Part shown: positions 1-12,900 of the stretch, piece by piece
How positions within the stretch are numbered: position 1 is the first letter of the stretch
Layout of the letters: every line of letters starts with the position of its first letter
Source of the DNA: Malacoraja senta
Taxonomy: Eukaryota
Reading direction: 5' to 3'
NCBI GenBank assembly: GCA_038087875.1
Contig: CM075988.1
Location: forward strand, 15,810,001-15,874,000
DNA length: 64,000 nucleotides
Translations under genes and position numbers: made by a program
Notes under the pieces: model-generated
The model's database searches: none
The model's input: only the letters and a program-made list of their open reading frames with translations
What the model was told of the DNA's origin: nothing

Positions 1-450
1 GAGTTAGTTTCCTGAGCCCACGCCATTCTGGCCACACCCTCTCCTCGCTGCTACTATGGGGAAGAAAGTACTGAGAGCCAGTTACCCATTAGGTTCCAGA
101 ACCATTCTGCACAATCCTACCTCACGCAATCTAACCATACCAACCCACTAGCGACTTAGCACTACTATGTTTCCCTCGCTTTTTCAACTTAACGTAGAAT
201 AACTGATTTTGTATTCTTAATGGTGTAGGTGTGTCTTATATGCCTGTAATGCTGCAGCAAATAAGAATTTAATTGTCCCGGTTCATATCCAGTGCACATG
301 GCAAATAAAGACACTTTCATATTTTGCCAAAATATTTCTATGGTATTTTGATGTCTAATCGGCCAAACTCGCGTATTTGTGTTTCCAATTCTACCATCTT
401 TAATGCACAAGGTTTTGCAAAAAGAAAAACAATCAGAGAATATTGTGCTA

Positions 451-542
451 GACAAAAATGCTGGAGAAACTCAGCGGGTGAGGCAGCATCTATGGAGCTA
501 AGGAAATAGGCAATGTTTCGGGCCGAAACCCTTCTTCAGACT
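451..542 (-). mobile_element. Short PLE-derived repeat with hammerhead-like core; 14-bp flanking direct repeat
   Basis: AGAATATTGTGCTA at 437-450 and 557-570. Minus-strand core AGTCTGAAGAAGGGTTTCGGCCCGAAAC. Confidence 0.75.
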
Positions 543-1189
543 CTTGTTCTGTTAGCAGAATATTGTGCTACGATGTTACAGTGTCGCAGCTACGGATAAA
601 CTGCAGATGTTTTAAAAAGTGCACGGGCCGCATTGTGATAAATTGGGAGATCGGGACTACACCCATTGCGTATGAGCGGTCAGTTCAGTAGTCAAATCAG
701 TTATCGTGTCCCAGCCTCTATTTTGCAGCTTCCTCTCCCATCCCTTCATCCTATTCAATGTGCCCGAAGAAAGGTCCCGTCCCGAAAAGTCGCCTCTTCA
801 TTTCCTCCGCAGATTCTGCCTGGCCCGCTGAGTTCCTCCATCATTTTGTGTTTTGCTCAATATTTCGGCATCTACTGTTCGTTGTGTCTCCGCTCTATTC
901 ATTCTCCTACTCTCTTTCCATACCTTTGCAAATTTAACTTTGCACTGAGCAAAATAACCCCAACGACAGATGTCTCCAAGGAACTGAACTCTCATCGCCT
1001 GCCTACTGGTACCCTGATACATGGTTGAAAAGTCCGTGCAGGGACATTTGCACAAACGGCAGAGGCTCCAGTACAGACATAAAATGTTGCAGTAACACAG
1101 AGGATCAGACAGCATCTCTGGAGAAAAGGAATAGGTGACGTTTCGACTCTTTGGTGTCAACCACCATCTGCAGTGAGTTCCTGCCTCCA

Positions 1190-1560
1190 GACAGCGGCCA
1201 GGGTACCCCGGTCACGTGCGCCCCGGAACGCCATCACCACAGGAGACCGTTGCCACGGGAACGGCCCGCATTAGCTTCCATTCCGCCGCTGGGTGGGAGA
1301 CGCGCTCAGTGATTGGTCGTTCTGGTCCCGGCCGGAACACTGCGCCGCGCGCCCCCGGGGTTGCTATGGTGAGTAGCGGCCGCGCGCCTCCAGGGTTGCT
1401 ATGGCGAGGAGCGACTGCGCGCCCTCCGGTTGCCATGGTGAGGAGCGGCCGCGCGCCCCCAGGGTTGCCATGGTGAGGAGCGGCCGCGCGCCCCTGGGTT
1501 GCCATGCTGAGGAGCGGCCGCGCGCCCCCGGGTTGCCATGGCGAGGAGCAGCGGCGAGCG
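1190..1560 (+). promoter_or_regulatory. HOATZ CpG-island promoter/5' UTR with E-box, RFX X-box and inverted CCAAT
   Basis: GTCACGTG at 1211-1218; GTTGCCACGGGAAC at 1249-1262 (near-canonical X-box); GATTGG at 1311. Motif-level evidence only. Confidence 0.65.
1345..1550 (+). repeat. GC-rich minisatellite, 6 x 34-35 bp, each unit carrying GTTGCYATGSYGAG
   Basis: Motif starts at 1360, 1395, 1429, 1464, 1498, 1532. Unit is approximately GGTTGCCATGGTGAGGAGCGGCCGCGCGCCCCC. Confidence 0.95.
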
Positions 1561-1807
1561 ATGGCCGAGGTTCACCTGCCGGCCGAGGCCGGGCCCAAGC
1601 CGGAGCCGGAGACGGAGGCCGAGGCCGAGACCGACTCTCGCTCCCTCTACACCGTGTTCGCCGGGTCCTCGCCGGAGGACGTTGCCTACGCCAAAGTGTT
1701 CTGGAGCTCGCTGTCGCTGCAGCCGCCGCTCGAGTCCCGTCTGGTGTCTGGAGACATCAAGCAGCGGCTGAAGGCGGCGCCGCCCGCAGGGTGCAAGCCC
1801 TCCAAAG
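1561..1807 (+). CDS. HOATZ: HOATZ (C11orf88, cilia- and flagella-associated protein) coding exon 1
   Basis: MAEVHL...[46 protein letters not shown] matches the recalled human HOATZ block [31 protein letters not shown]...SQRLPVARP. Lies in a CpG island. Donor AAG|GTGATG at 1807/1808 is phase 1, compatible with the downstream exons. Confidence 0.9.
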
Positions 1808-1814
1808 GTGATGG

Positions 1815-2040
1815 AAGAGGAGGGGAGGAGGACGAAGGAATGCGGAGAGAGGGGGAACGAAGGGAGGGGAGGGGAGACGAAGGGATGGGAGGATGCAGGG
1901 AGGGGAGGATGCAGGGATGGATGAGAAGGAGGACCAAGGGATGGGGGTAGGAGGACCAAGGGATGGGGGGGGGGGGGGGGGGGGGGTAAGAGGACGAAGG
2001 GATGGGGCTGCGGAGGAAGATGGGGACGGGACGGAGGTCC
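1815..2040 (+). repeat. Purine/G-rich low-complexity tract with a poly-G run at the start of HOATZ intron 1
   Basis: GGAGGACCAAGGGATGGGGG duplicated; G run at about 1965-1986. Confidence 0.85.
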
Positions 2041-2114
2041 ATCCCTCCCAACCGCCCACTTCCCTCCCCTGTTTCAACTCTTGCTTGAAATAGCATATGT
2101 TTTTGGTTTTCCAG

Positions 2115-2153
2115 ATCAATGTTGTCACTGCCATCCGAGCGAGGCAGACATCA
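2115..2153 (+). CDS. HOATZ: HOATZ probable exon 2 (39 nt, phase 1-1; (D)QCCHCHPSEADI)
   Basis: Acceptor ttttggttttccAG, donor GTAAGT, open and frame-preserving between exon 1 and exon 3. Little recognisable protein similarity. Confidence 0.65.
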
Positions 2154-3119
2154 GTAAGTATATGCACCCTTAAGTTAATGATCTTATCTTTTTGTATATA
2201 AAGCCTGTTTCTCATTGATGTCATTAGCCTCAGTGGGTCTCATAAATACTTTCACACCACTTTGCTGTTGTGTATGTGCAGCCTGGAGTTCTGTATACTT
2301 TGACCACCCAAACCGACCGCCATGTCCAGGAATTTAATTTCACTGACCTCTGGTGTTAGTGCTTAGTGGTAATGCCAAGTAGGACCACTGAAGCAATCCT
2401 AAAATTGGTCCAATTGACTATTCTCATTATATCAGAATTAAGTAAGGAAATGGGACTTGAGGGATTCCCAATGAAGCACACTGAGTATAGTGCACCAGCC
2501 AAGCAATTAGATACCACATTTATGAGGAACCAGTCCTCCATAGTAGCCAGCCAGCCAGCCAACCAGCAGCAACAGATTGCTATTAAGAGAAAAATAAGAC
2601 TGCAGTGAAGAAATTGTAGATTTTCTCAAAGGGATTTGAACGTCCTGGTTCATAAAATGCATATCAGTGTGGAGGTCTCGAGTGGTCAAGCTAGGTGATT
2701 ACAGCAGTCTCGCCATGATAGCCCATACATGGACCTGGTAGATGTTATATGCATTTGTCTCCACCAGTAGTGAAAAGGCCTGCATCCAGGACCAATGTAG
2801 AAGGAAATTTCATGATTACTTTAACGAGCATCCATGTACAACTTGCTTCCTCCATCTACATTGTTATTGTCTTAACTGCATCGTTACTGGTCCGCAGGTG
2901 ACACATTTTCATCATTTATGCTGCTGCACCACCATAGGGCAGTTTTGGACACACTCGATGAGTGCAACGTCCCATTTTTGTCTTTGCATCATATCAGGAT
3001 GTGCTCTCTGTCTCCCTCTCCCCAGAACACTACCTGTTGAGCAAGAGGGAAGACTCGAAGTGGGGGAGGGCTTGGGGGTGGGGGGAAGAGGTTAAATTTC
3101 CTTGATGTTTATACTGACA

Positions 3120-3590
3120 CATTGATGCCATAGCCAAGAAGGCACACCAACGCCTCTACTTCCTGAGGTGACTGAGGAAATTTGTATGTCTCCAGTAACT
3201 CTTTCAAACCTCTGCAGGTTGCATCACAGCTTGGTTTGGGAATATGACCACAGGAAATTGCAGAGCACTGTCACCAGAGAAGTAGCCCAATCCGTCACAC
3301 AGACCAGACTTTGTAGCATTGACTCCATCTATAGTTCACTCTGCCTCAGATAAGCACTCAACATAATCATTGCCTCAGTCCTCCTCCTCTCTGCTCCACT
3401 CTGGCAGAAGGTACAGAAGCCTGAAAGCACTCTCTACCAGACTCGGGAACTGCTGCATTTTCCCTCTATTATCAGGCTTCTAAACGATATTTCCATAAGT
3501 TAGGGTACTGTCCAATTCACCTGTATCCTGTTGTGGACATTGGACTTTGTCTATGGAACTGATGCGCTACAATGCTGAGAACAATATTTT
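3120..3590 (+). mobile_element. Rex1/Babar-like LINE 3' remnant (similar remnants at 1-320 and 57490-58075)
   Basis: AKKAHQRLYFLR motif at about 3133; degenerate LPSGRRYRSL-like motif. Confidence 0.7.
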
Positions 3591-3810
3591 CCCAGAAGTT
3601 CGGCTCTCAGAGCCTTCCTATCAATTCCATTTCCTCACCTTTTCCTGTAACTTACCCCTGAATCTTCATACACGAGGGCAATTTACAGTAGCCAATTAAT
3701 GTTCTGTCTCCATTTTCCTACAGAAAATCACACATTTTAATAATAATAGAAATGGAAAATCTGAGCCTGTCGATATTTTGTTCATCAGAGAGGTCAGGTT
3801 GGATGTAGTG

Positions 3811-4043
3811 CAAAGGTTCCCAACCTGGGGTAAATTTATCCCCAGGGGCTAAATTTCGCCTACCCAGGTGGTAAATTTGTTGATTCTGGATTTGTAAATA
3901 TTTTTTCTCATTGACTGACTGTGTTTGGTTCTGGTATACCGGTATCTAGTTCATCATTAGTTGTTCATAAATAAGTGAAATAACATTGTTATGTGCTATT
4001 AAAGTTGTCGGGTAAACAAGACGAAAAAGCTTGGGAACCCCTG
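3811..4043. mobile_element. hAT (Charlie-like) MITE
   Basis: TIRs CAAAGGTTCCCAA / TTGGGAACCCCTG. Perfect 8-bp TSD ATGTAGTG at 3803-3810 and 4044-4051. Confidence 0.9.
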
Positions 4044-6832
4044 ATGTAGTGGCTCTAAAGACTTTGTGGGAATAGGCTGTTCACTAATAAATGTCCCCAG
4101 ACTGAGAGTTGTTGATCCACTCTGTGATCAATCATGGCTTTTATGCTGCTTTGAATAATGGAGTACTACCAGCAGAATAGTTACTGAGGCATTTGTGGAA
4201 TGAGTGGCACAGCGTTTAGATGCTAGAGAAATACTATCTGATATACTGTGAACTTTGAAATATATTTGAGCCCTGCTGCTGATGAGATCTCCTTGATCCT
4301 TCATGGGGCACTGGAAATCCTTGATTGGTGGGGTTGTGTAGTATTGAGCAGATGACCATGAAGTCTGCATACGTACTTAGCATATATAGCAAGGCAATCA
4401 CAGAATGATGCAGGTAATAAAAGTTTATCTTCTGGACACCTGTGACATTTTCTGTATGATCCCAGTACTTGCATGGCACTTGTAGCTGCATTCAACTGTT
4501 TTAGTTTGAGAGCTGGCGTAGGAAGCCAGAGATGTAGATAATAGCCCTTGTTTATTCCACCCCTCCTGCTCCCCCAACCTCTCATGGATTCATTTCTTGG
4601 GGTCATCATAGGGAAATGTTCAGCAATTTGGACATCCTCCTGTGTGTGCTCCCTGGAACTATGCATTTGTATAAAAATTACTTATTGTGATCCAAACAAC
4701 CTGAATATTGAAAGAGTGTGATTTAAGGAAAAAGTAATCTGCATAATACAGCTTGACTTTAATTTTCTATGATAGTTTTGTTTTGAGTATTGAGCTCTTA
4801 TTTATGAACAAATTGTATTGCATGAATAGTGAAGTCATTAGTTGCATGTCTAAAGAGGGAAAATGCCAGGCATGCTGATGTGCTAGAAGTACCTGGTCCA
4901 ATTTCATGACTTCACCCAGAAATGAATGCGGTCATGATCAGATAAAATCAAGTTTTGCACAGTTGCTGTGTCAAAGAGAGATGTTTTACAATCCAGTTTC
5001 TAGGTATATATTAACTATAAAGTGTAGTTCAAATTGCTGATTGAGTTAGAAAACAAACAGAAGAACATACACAGTTGGCAGCTCAGTATCTGAATGGGAA
5101 TTTTTATTTTTATTTAGGTCAAGTCATGAGCAGCACAGCACCTTGCAACTAATCATTAAGAAGATTGAAGTAATAATGACAATTATTGCCAATGACAATA
5201 TTGTTCCCTTGTCATACCTGCATCTTGAAGCTTACTTGTCTAGTGCTTCAGACCCTGCCACTCACCAAAATTGCTTACTTCATTTCTATAACATCTGTCT
5301 CTTCTGAAACCAGGTCAAAAACGTTCTCTTTTAATCTTGATTCTTTTTCTCGTGTCTTGGCAATTGCAAGACTGACTTTGAGAGATCTGCTTGTGTCAGG
5401 ATTGCCTCCATGATGCCAAATATACCTTTTATAATCTTAACAAGAAACCTGGAAGAATCTCTGCACAGATGCCATGAGAACTGGAGGCTCTTGGAGTTAT
5501 AAATTTCACAACATATATCATGCATGTATTTTTGAAATCTGTTTGGGCACCAAATTGTGAATTTGACAAAAACACCACCAGAGGGTGTAGTCTGAAATCC
5601 AAGTTGTATACAACGCTGTGCAAGAATGACTACACTGATTTTGAGCTTAGTAGCTGCTGCTTTGAATTGGAAGCAGGATTTTCAGAATGGCAAATCCTTG
5701 GAATTTTCCACTTAACTTTTCCAAAAAGCAAGTGAAGTTGCAATTTCCCCATGCTGAGACCCTTACTATTATTTTGTTATCTCTAAAATTTAATATTCAA
5801 AAATGAGGCATGAGAAACTCCAGATGCTGGAATCTGCAGTTTAAATAAAAAGGAGAGCAGATGAAGGAACCCGGCAGGTTTGGCGGCATCTATGGACAGT
5901 TGACATTTTGGTTTGACACCTTTCAGGCTCTTTAGACGTGATCCTTCATTCAACTGACATTGAATTCTCCAATTTTCGGTAACTTCCACAAACAACCCCC
6001 CCCCCCCTTCCTTTTTCCTTTTCTCCCCCTACTCCACCCCCCCCCCCCCACCGTGCCACACACACACACTGCAACTCCCCTCCCCTGAATCCTGAATCCC
6101 TCCCCTACATTCCTTCTTCTGGCTTCACAATTCGAAACTTTTTTAACCTCGAGCTCCGAGACTCTGAATTATGAATCTTAAGTAGTTACAAAATGCTTAT
6201 GGAATCATAATCCAATTTGGCACAATTGGCATGTTTTAAGAATGTAATTGTTGCGTTTTTGGTACATATGACAATTAAACACGCATAACTCTCATGACTT
6301 CATCCCCAGTATAAAACAATTCAGGCCAAAAATCATTTTGTGACAGATCGTACATGCAATCTCATTCTATTATTACATGGTGCCTATGATCACGTTATCA
6401 ATCTGAAGTAGAATATTCATGTGTCAGTTTGGATTGGTTATTAAGCTCATTTTTTCTTTATTGGTAGATTGTGGGGTCAGGCCCTTAAGATTGATATGCC
6501 AGCGTGGTACTGGGATGTTGTTGGAGGAATTGTATTTATAAGATGTTAAGCTACATTTCTTCCTGATTGTTTTGATGTTTGGTATTGTCTGAAGAAATGT
6601 ATGTGTTCTTCTGTTGTCCTGGCAACAATCTCCCTTCACCACCTCCAAATCATAAATGAGTCAACTCAATATCATGAGATTTTCTTTCCTTAACCTACAC
6701 CAACAAAATAATTGTTTCTAGTAATCACCAGAATTACAAAATGATTAATAATTTGTCAAGTGCTTTGACATATATATATACTGAATGAGATAATAGTAAT
6801 GAACCCTTTCTAACAGTTCTCTCTCCTTTCAG

Positions 6833-6903
6833 AATCCAAGCAGCTACTGATTGAAGCCTACATGCATGAGAAAGAAGATGAAAAAGCAAGATATTTGGAG
6901 AAA
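6833..6903 (+). CDS. HOATZ: HOATZ exon 3 (SKQLLIEAYMHEKEDEKARYLEK)
   Basis: Acceptor ctctcctttcAG, donor GTGAGT. Resembles human AEALKIQESEEKVKYLQK. Confidence 0.88.
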
Positions 6904-9900
6904 GTGAGTATTTGATGTAGTGGGAGTATCTTTTTGGCCCAATTTATATAATATACCACAGGTATTACAGCCTTGAATAGTTATAGCTGATGGTATATAT
7001 TTCTGTACTGATGCATTACTTAACAGGAAGTTAGATGTTGTGGTTTGGGCCCATAATTTCATATTAATTAGCATCTATTGCACTGCTGGGAAAACCACCC
7101 ATCTTCCACATAGCTCATCTTCATAAACTTGAGGTCAACCAAAACATTAAAAAATATATATATATTCTTGCATTCAAATCTTTTCTATGACATTTCCATA
7201 ACTTACTTTAACCACCAAGAGCTTGAGTGTGCTTAAAACCTATGCATTTGACAAATCATTAACTTGCTCTTTCATGTATCTTCTCTTTTGGCTCTGTTTT
7301 AATATTTGTCTGGTTATGCTTCTCTGAAGCTCTTTGGGACATTTTACAATAGAAAAAATATAAATGCAAGCATTTTCCCCTTTATAACTACATATACTGG
7401 TCTGTTTTTTTCTGCGTGGTACTAATATATGAGAAACTGTAAAACAGAAGTGCTTTGACTGCACTTAGTCTGTCACCGATTTATTTCCATTTGACGATTA
7501 GAAATTTCATTTGGAGATGAGGAGAAGAGAGAACAGAATGTAGCCATCAGCAAACTTTCCTCTTTGTACATGGCTTTTCATCTTCAGGGATTAACGGTTG
7601 TATTGGCCACTTGAACAAAATAACAGTTCCTACAAGGACCGTTGTGTGAAGCCTGTCAGTTATCTTGTTTATGGACACTGAGTTTTAATGTGTGTCATCC
7701 ATCTGTAAGTTTATGGAGCTTATTTTCAGAGCCAGCTTTAATTCTTCACAGTGCAGCTGAAAGAAGTGATGAATATTTTTATTTGGTCCCTTCTCTTTAT
7801 TTGTGTGTACGTATGTCCAGCAGTTGTCAATTAAATAGTTTTCTTTATTAAGTTCAATTTAAAAAAAAGATAGGTCACATGCTTTGATCTATCCAACCTG
7901 ATCCCATAAATTGGTGAAAATGTATAAATTCTCCACCCGCATCAAAACCTGTGAGATCTTCCAGGAAAGGTAAAAACCATGGCCAGAATGGAAAAAAGAA
8001 AATCCAGGAAATTCCTTTCTATTCCCCCTAGATTCCCCAACGTTGGTTCAGGAGTTCACTTGAATACCAGTTTAATTTTTTTCTAATGTAAATTTTACTC
8101 CAGCTAGAAATACATTCATATCCTGCTTGTAGAAATTTATCAACCTGGCATCCAACGCATAAGCTGCCAACTGGTCCTGAGATCCCCCAAACACTAGGAA
8201 GCAGACCACTTCCCGACATCTGCTCTCGATTTAATCTAAAACACTGTACAATTATGATATCCAGCCTTAAAACATTTAATTAGAATTAGCACTTTTTTCA
8301 TTTAATCTTAAAATCTGGCACAATATGATTTTTTACTCCATTCCTCAATTATTATGCATATTCTGTGGCACATGTAGACCCTGAGGGAGGAGACAAGATG
8401 ACTGGTTTATTGGAAGCTTATTACATAGATACTTTGAAGTTCTTGCCTTTCCTTTGGATTCTTAACACACAGCCTGAAGAATGTGTCAGGGTACTCATTG
8501 CATATTTTAAACTATGCTGATGGTATGGAAGCTTAAGGTAATTAATATATCCTCTACTGCAGCAATGCAGGAATTAAATTATCCGTGGTGCATAAAAGTC
8601 AATTTGGATCAATAGGAATAGCCTGGTGCTCGCTTATGATCACACTAAGGAGGATTTTGATGAGATTGTCTATTTAATCCAAAGTGTTTCTTAAATTAAT
8701 TAAACATAATTGGATTTCATTGGTAATCATTAAATGGATAACTCAAGAGAGCTGATTTAACATTTAATTGCAACAACAAGCATTGTGCTGGTCTTCTGAT
8801 TGTGCTGTTTGACTGCATTAAGGTCCAATTCTTAACCTTTGGTGCTTCCATCAGTTCTGAGGCAGAATAAGCATTTGTTCAATTAAATGCAAATGCTGGT
8901 TTCGGTTCCGGGCTATAGAGATTCACTCTAGTTTGGTCGATAGTTACTATTAGAATAAATTGGGTTTCTTTGCTCTTAAAAGATGACATCATGTGTGAAA
9001 CTAAGAACAAGAAAATCTGTTCACTTTCAAATATTAGTTTGGCAGAGTTTCATGGGATTTTGAGTCAAAGGTCATAGACACCAGTACTGTTTCAGCTATT
9101 AAGGTCATAATTTAGGGTGATGTTTTGGGCACTGAGGGTTGCTGCATTCTATGAGATGCTGCTGTTTAGAAAGGAATATTAAACTGCAGGCTCTTCTGTC
9201 AGTTCAGGTACTCTACTATTGGCAAGTATCTCATTCGAAGCCATAAAAATAAAATCTTTAAATTCATTTTTGGAAGTAGGATCATAACTGGTAAGGCCAA
9301 CATTTATTACTCATCCCTAATAGCCCTTGAACAGGTGTTGGTGCACCCCCTTAACCGATTGTAGTCGTTCTGGTGAAAGAACTCCTGCAATGAGTATTTG
9401 TGGAACGTGGACAAATGAGGGATTGTAACAATGGTCACAATCCCTCAAAAGTAATTCATTGAATGTAAAGTGCTTTGAACATTCACAGGTCTCAAAAATT
9501 CAAGTTCTTATTTTGTCTATCTGACTATTGGATAACTTGAGGATAAAGGGGTTGTAAACTTGTTCATTGGTTGAACAACGAATGGCGCAGCAACCCAGCC
9601 TATTCTCATAATCCAATCTGGAAGAAGCTTACACCAAATAAAAGTCCTTACTTTAATAAAAGTACAAGATCCAAAATGGAATACTGTACAAAGTAAAGAA
9701 GAGACAGAACATTTATTTCTGATCATTAAGTACTTCATTACCTGTGCTTATTTCAACTGTGGTATGTTGGACTATTAAATTACATTGCTGAGCCCACCAA
9801 AATGTAATTCTCCAGGCACTGAAAGAGTTAAATTTCATGATCCTCCAGTATTTTTTCACTGATTTCAAGCCACCCAGCAGGCTTCACTGAAATAAAATTC

Positions 9901-12900
9901 CAATGTTGCAGTGTTTGTAAATGTTGACTTCCTGATTTCAGCCCTTGGGCTTTCTCTGGTTGGTATAGTATTTATTTTAAACAATCATTTTGTGGCAGAA
10001 GGACCACAACAACAAACCAAGGATGTAATAGTTCCTCATAAACTAAAAGTAATAGTAAAAAAAAAGAACAAATGTATCTTGTTAAAGAACATTTATTGAC
10101 CTCTTCCAAAGAGGAGTGCTTTTGCAGAGTAGGTTACTGCTGTAATACAAGAAGCATGATGACCCATTTGCACGCACTAAGTATCCACATAACCATGGTG
10201 ATGACTGGATAATCTGCAGTGGAGTTGTTGGTTGAGTTATAAATATTGGCCAGATCTCCCTTGGTTCTCTTCAAAATGGTGCCAAGGAATTTGTTATTCT
10301 CACCTGAAAGGCAAGTGGAACAACTTGACATAATGGCATTTTGTGATGATGTTCTGGTATGTCTACTTTGATTATGGCTTCAATCATTGGAATGGGATGA
10401 AGCAATATTCAAAGCTAAACAAATTAAAAACAGAAACAAGTAATGGTCAAATTCTGCCTTTGTTGATTTTAATAGTTAAGGTATGGTTATTTTGTGAATT
10501 AATAGTTTCAGGAATTATTCCATTTGAGAGCAAAGGATAATGTTTTTTTCCTCTAGTCTAAAATATGAGATGTGGATATCTCAATGTACAGAGGAGCTGA
10601 GCAGTGCACAGGAAGCAGATGGCAGGAACTCTATTGGAATCTTCTGTCATCATTGTCTGTTCTCAAGCATCTGTTGCATGCTGTTCTTAAAATTGTGTAT
10701 TATCCTCTTCAGAGAAGCTGCCTATGGATATATAGATGCTGGAAAATGATTCACAGACACGTACTGTAGAGAAACTGGCCCATCGACACACTGTATACAT
10801 TCCAACTATCCAGTACGAATACTATTTACCATCAACTGTTTCTCTGGCCTTTTATGCCTTAGCTATTCAAGTGTTTGGCTGATTGGAATACAAATGGATG
10901 TAGGCAAGTTGCTAACAAAACCAGTTCCCTTCTGCACTCGTGAATGCGATCCAAGCAAGATATAGAAACATAGCATTGGAGGGACAAACAGATTTCTAAT
11001 TGTAACGTCATTCTATCTTGTTTTTTATTTTATCCAAATTTATCTTGTTTGGGAGTCTGATCGTTTTTCTTCTATTATTTTCACCACTTGTGCTGTCAGC
11101 ATAGAGAGGAATGTTGTTAGTCTCTAGAATCCAGGTCCTTTTGGCAAGAGCTGGAAGGCTTTTAATTGAAGGTAAATTATAGCCCAAATTGGCCAGTGAA
11201 CACCAGTGCCAGCAAGTGGACTTTTCAGCGGTTCATTCTTTTGTAAGAAATGTCTATATTGTGTAATATCCAGCAGAAGAATTAATATACAAACTATTAT
11301 TTGGGGAATAATGTTAACTTCATGCAACTTTAGGGAGCCGTTATTTGTATTTATTCATTTTTCTGTGTATGGGCATTACCAGCAAACCTTGCGTTTGCCT
11401 TGAGAAGGTGGCAGTGTGCCAGTTCCTTAAACTGCTGCAATCTTCCTTGTGACTACTGCCACAGTGCTGCATGGAAGTTCCAGCATTTAGACAGAGGAGT
11501 GTTGAAGGAACAACAATCTATTTAAGTCATAGGAAATCAGAGAAATTGCAGATATTGAGAGAAACTATATCACGCAGAGGGGGATATCTCTGTTCGTTAC
11601 GGCCTCAATCTTACACCAGAACTGGATGCAAAAGACACGAGCAGGAATTTACTGTGGTGGTCTCAATTAGGAACAACATTTCCTATAGTGCTGATGATCT
11701 CATAAAATGTATCAAGATGTTTCCTTGCAATTTAAGACATCTTCATTCCTCTAAGCTCTTGCTTTCAATCGTACTCTGCCAAAACCATTACATACAACTC
11801 TTGTGTGTGCACTCAACTTTTTTCTACCTCTCTTCTGCTCTTTACCTATCTATTGTCATTGCTCCTCTGCTTGTGCTTCCAGCCACTGTCCCTGGCTCTT
11901 TGTGTCTCCACCATGTCTTTGGTATTCTGCCATGATTCTACTACCGTTGCACTGCAGAGCTGCCTGTGTCTCTCTCCCTCTTCTCTGTCTTTCCTCCTCG
12001 TGGTGACCGTCTCCTTATTTGTCACTTTTCCTGTATCTCTCTACCACACACCCAGTCAGTGCTCCATTCCCTTCTTCTGAACTTGTTGCTCTGGAAGTTT
12101 TCAGGACCTGCACACAATACTGGTGCATCTCACAAAGGTGGCAGTGAGGGTCTAGAAGCTACACAACAGGCGCAGGTCTCATAAACACAGTAGGGCTTTA
12201 CATGTGGAATGGTGAAGGCGAGTTGTTAAGTGGACTGAACAGTGGGAAGCCTGGTATGCCTGATTCGATGTGCTGAAAGACAAAAAGATGAATCCTCCCC
12301 TTCTAGAATAGAATTTGTCAATAACCTCCCTAATGCAGTGTCAATCAGTAAACGGTAAGATGTGGCACATATCAAGAGCATGGAATGATCTTTAGATAGG
12401 AAGTTGAGGGGTCATTTTGATTTTAAATATGAGATCAATCCAGGCTTGTGTGTGAGTTTGTTTTCGTTTTAAATTTTACGAGATTAGAGTTCACAACAAT
12501 ATCAGCCTCGTGGAAGTGTATTCTGTGTAAATATTGCTCCTTTGAGAAGTGGAGAAAAGAACATTGGATCCATGTTCCCGGCCTGATGGAGTCTTCAGTA
12601 GTGAGCCTTATATACACTTGCAGTGTATTGCAGGGAAGCCTCTGTTGCAGCTCCATGCCATCTGTCAAAAGGAGCTTGTCGTTTAGATAAATCCTCATTG
12701 TTACAGACTTCAGAATGTCTCAGTCTTCAATGTAAGCAATGTGCAGAGTAAGTTGCCAGCCTGCACAAAATTGTGCAGCTGTCTGGCTATGAAAGTACTT
12801 TGTTTGTAATTAATCTTTTAAATACTGCTGTTTCTGAACAATAGGCATTCCTAAAAGCTGGTTGATTTGTGAGTGAATGATGACGGATGTTTTTTCAGAT

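Noticed and set aside
1345-1550. CRISPR-like periodicity; also the 37-bp array at 16806-16942
   Set aside because: Contiguous tandem units without unique spacers, in a vertebrate context with no cas genes.
1-1560. Canonical miR-34b/miR-34c and BTG4 exons expected upstream of HOATZ from human synteny
   Set aside because: No AGGCAGTGT(A/C)-type mature sequence or BTG-like coding was found by eye on either strand. They probably lie upstream of the window.
1791-1796. Alternative exon-1 donor GG|GTGCAA
   Set aside because: Phase 2, incompatible with the phase-1 downstream exons.
1212-2224. Many overlapping GC-rich ORFs (77-186 aa)
   Set aside because: By-products of the minisatellite, the CpG island and a purine-rich tract. 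Only the frame from 1561 matches a known protein.
11471-12184. ORFs of 154, 91 and 72 aa in HOATZ intron 3
   Set aside because: Pyrimidine-rich low complexity and repeat remnants; no homology or convincing splice structure.
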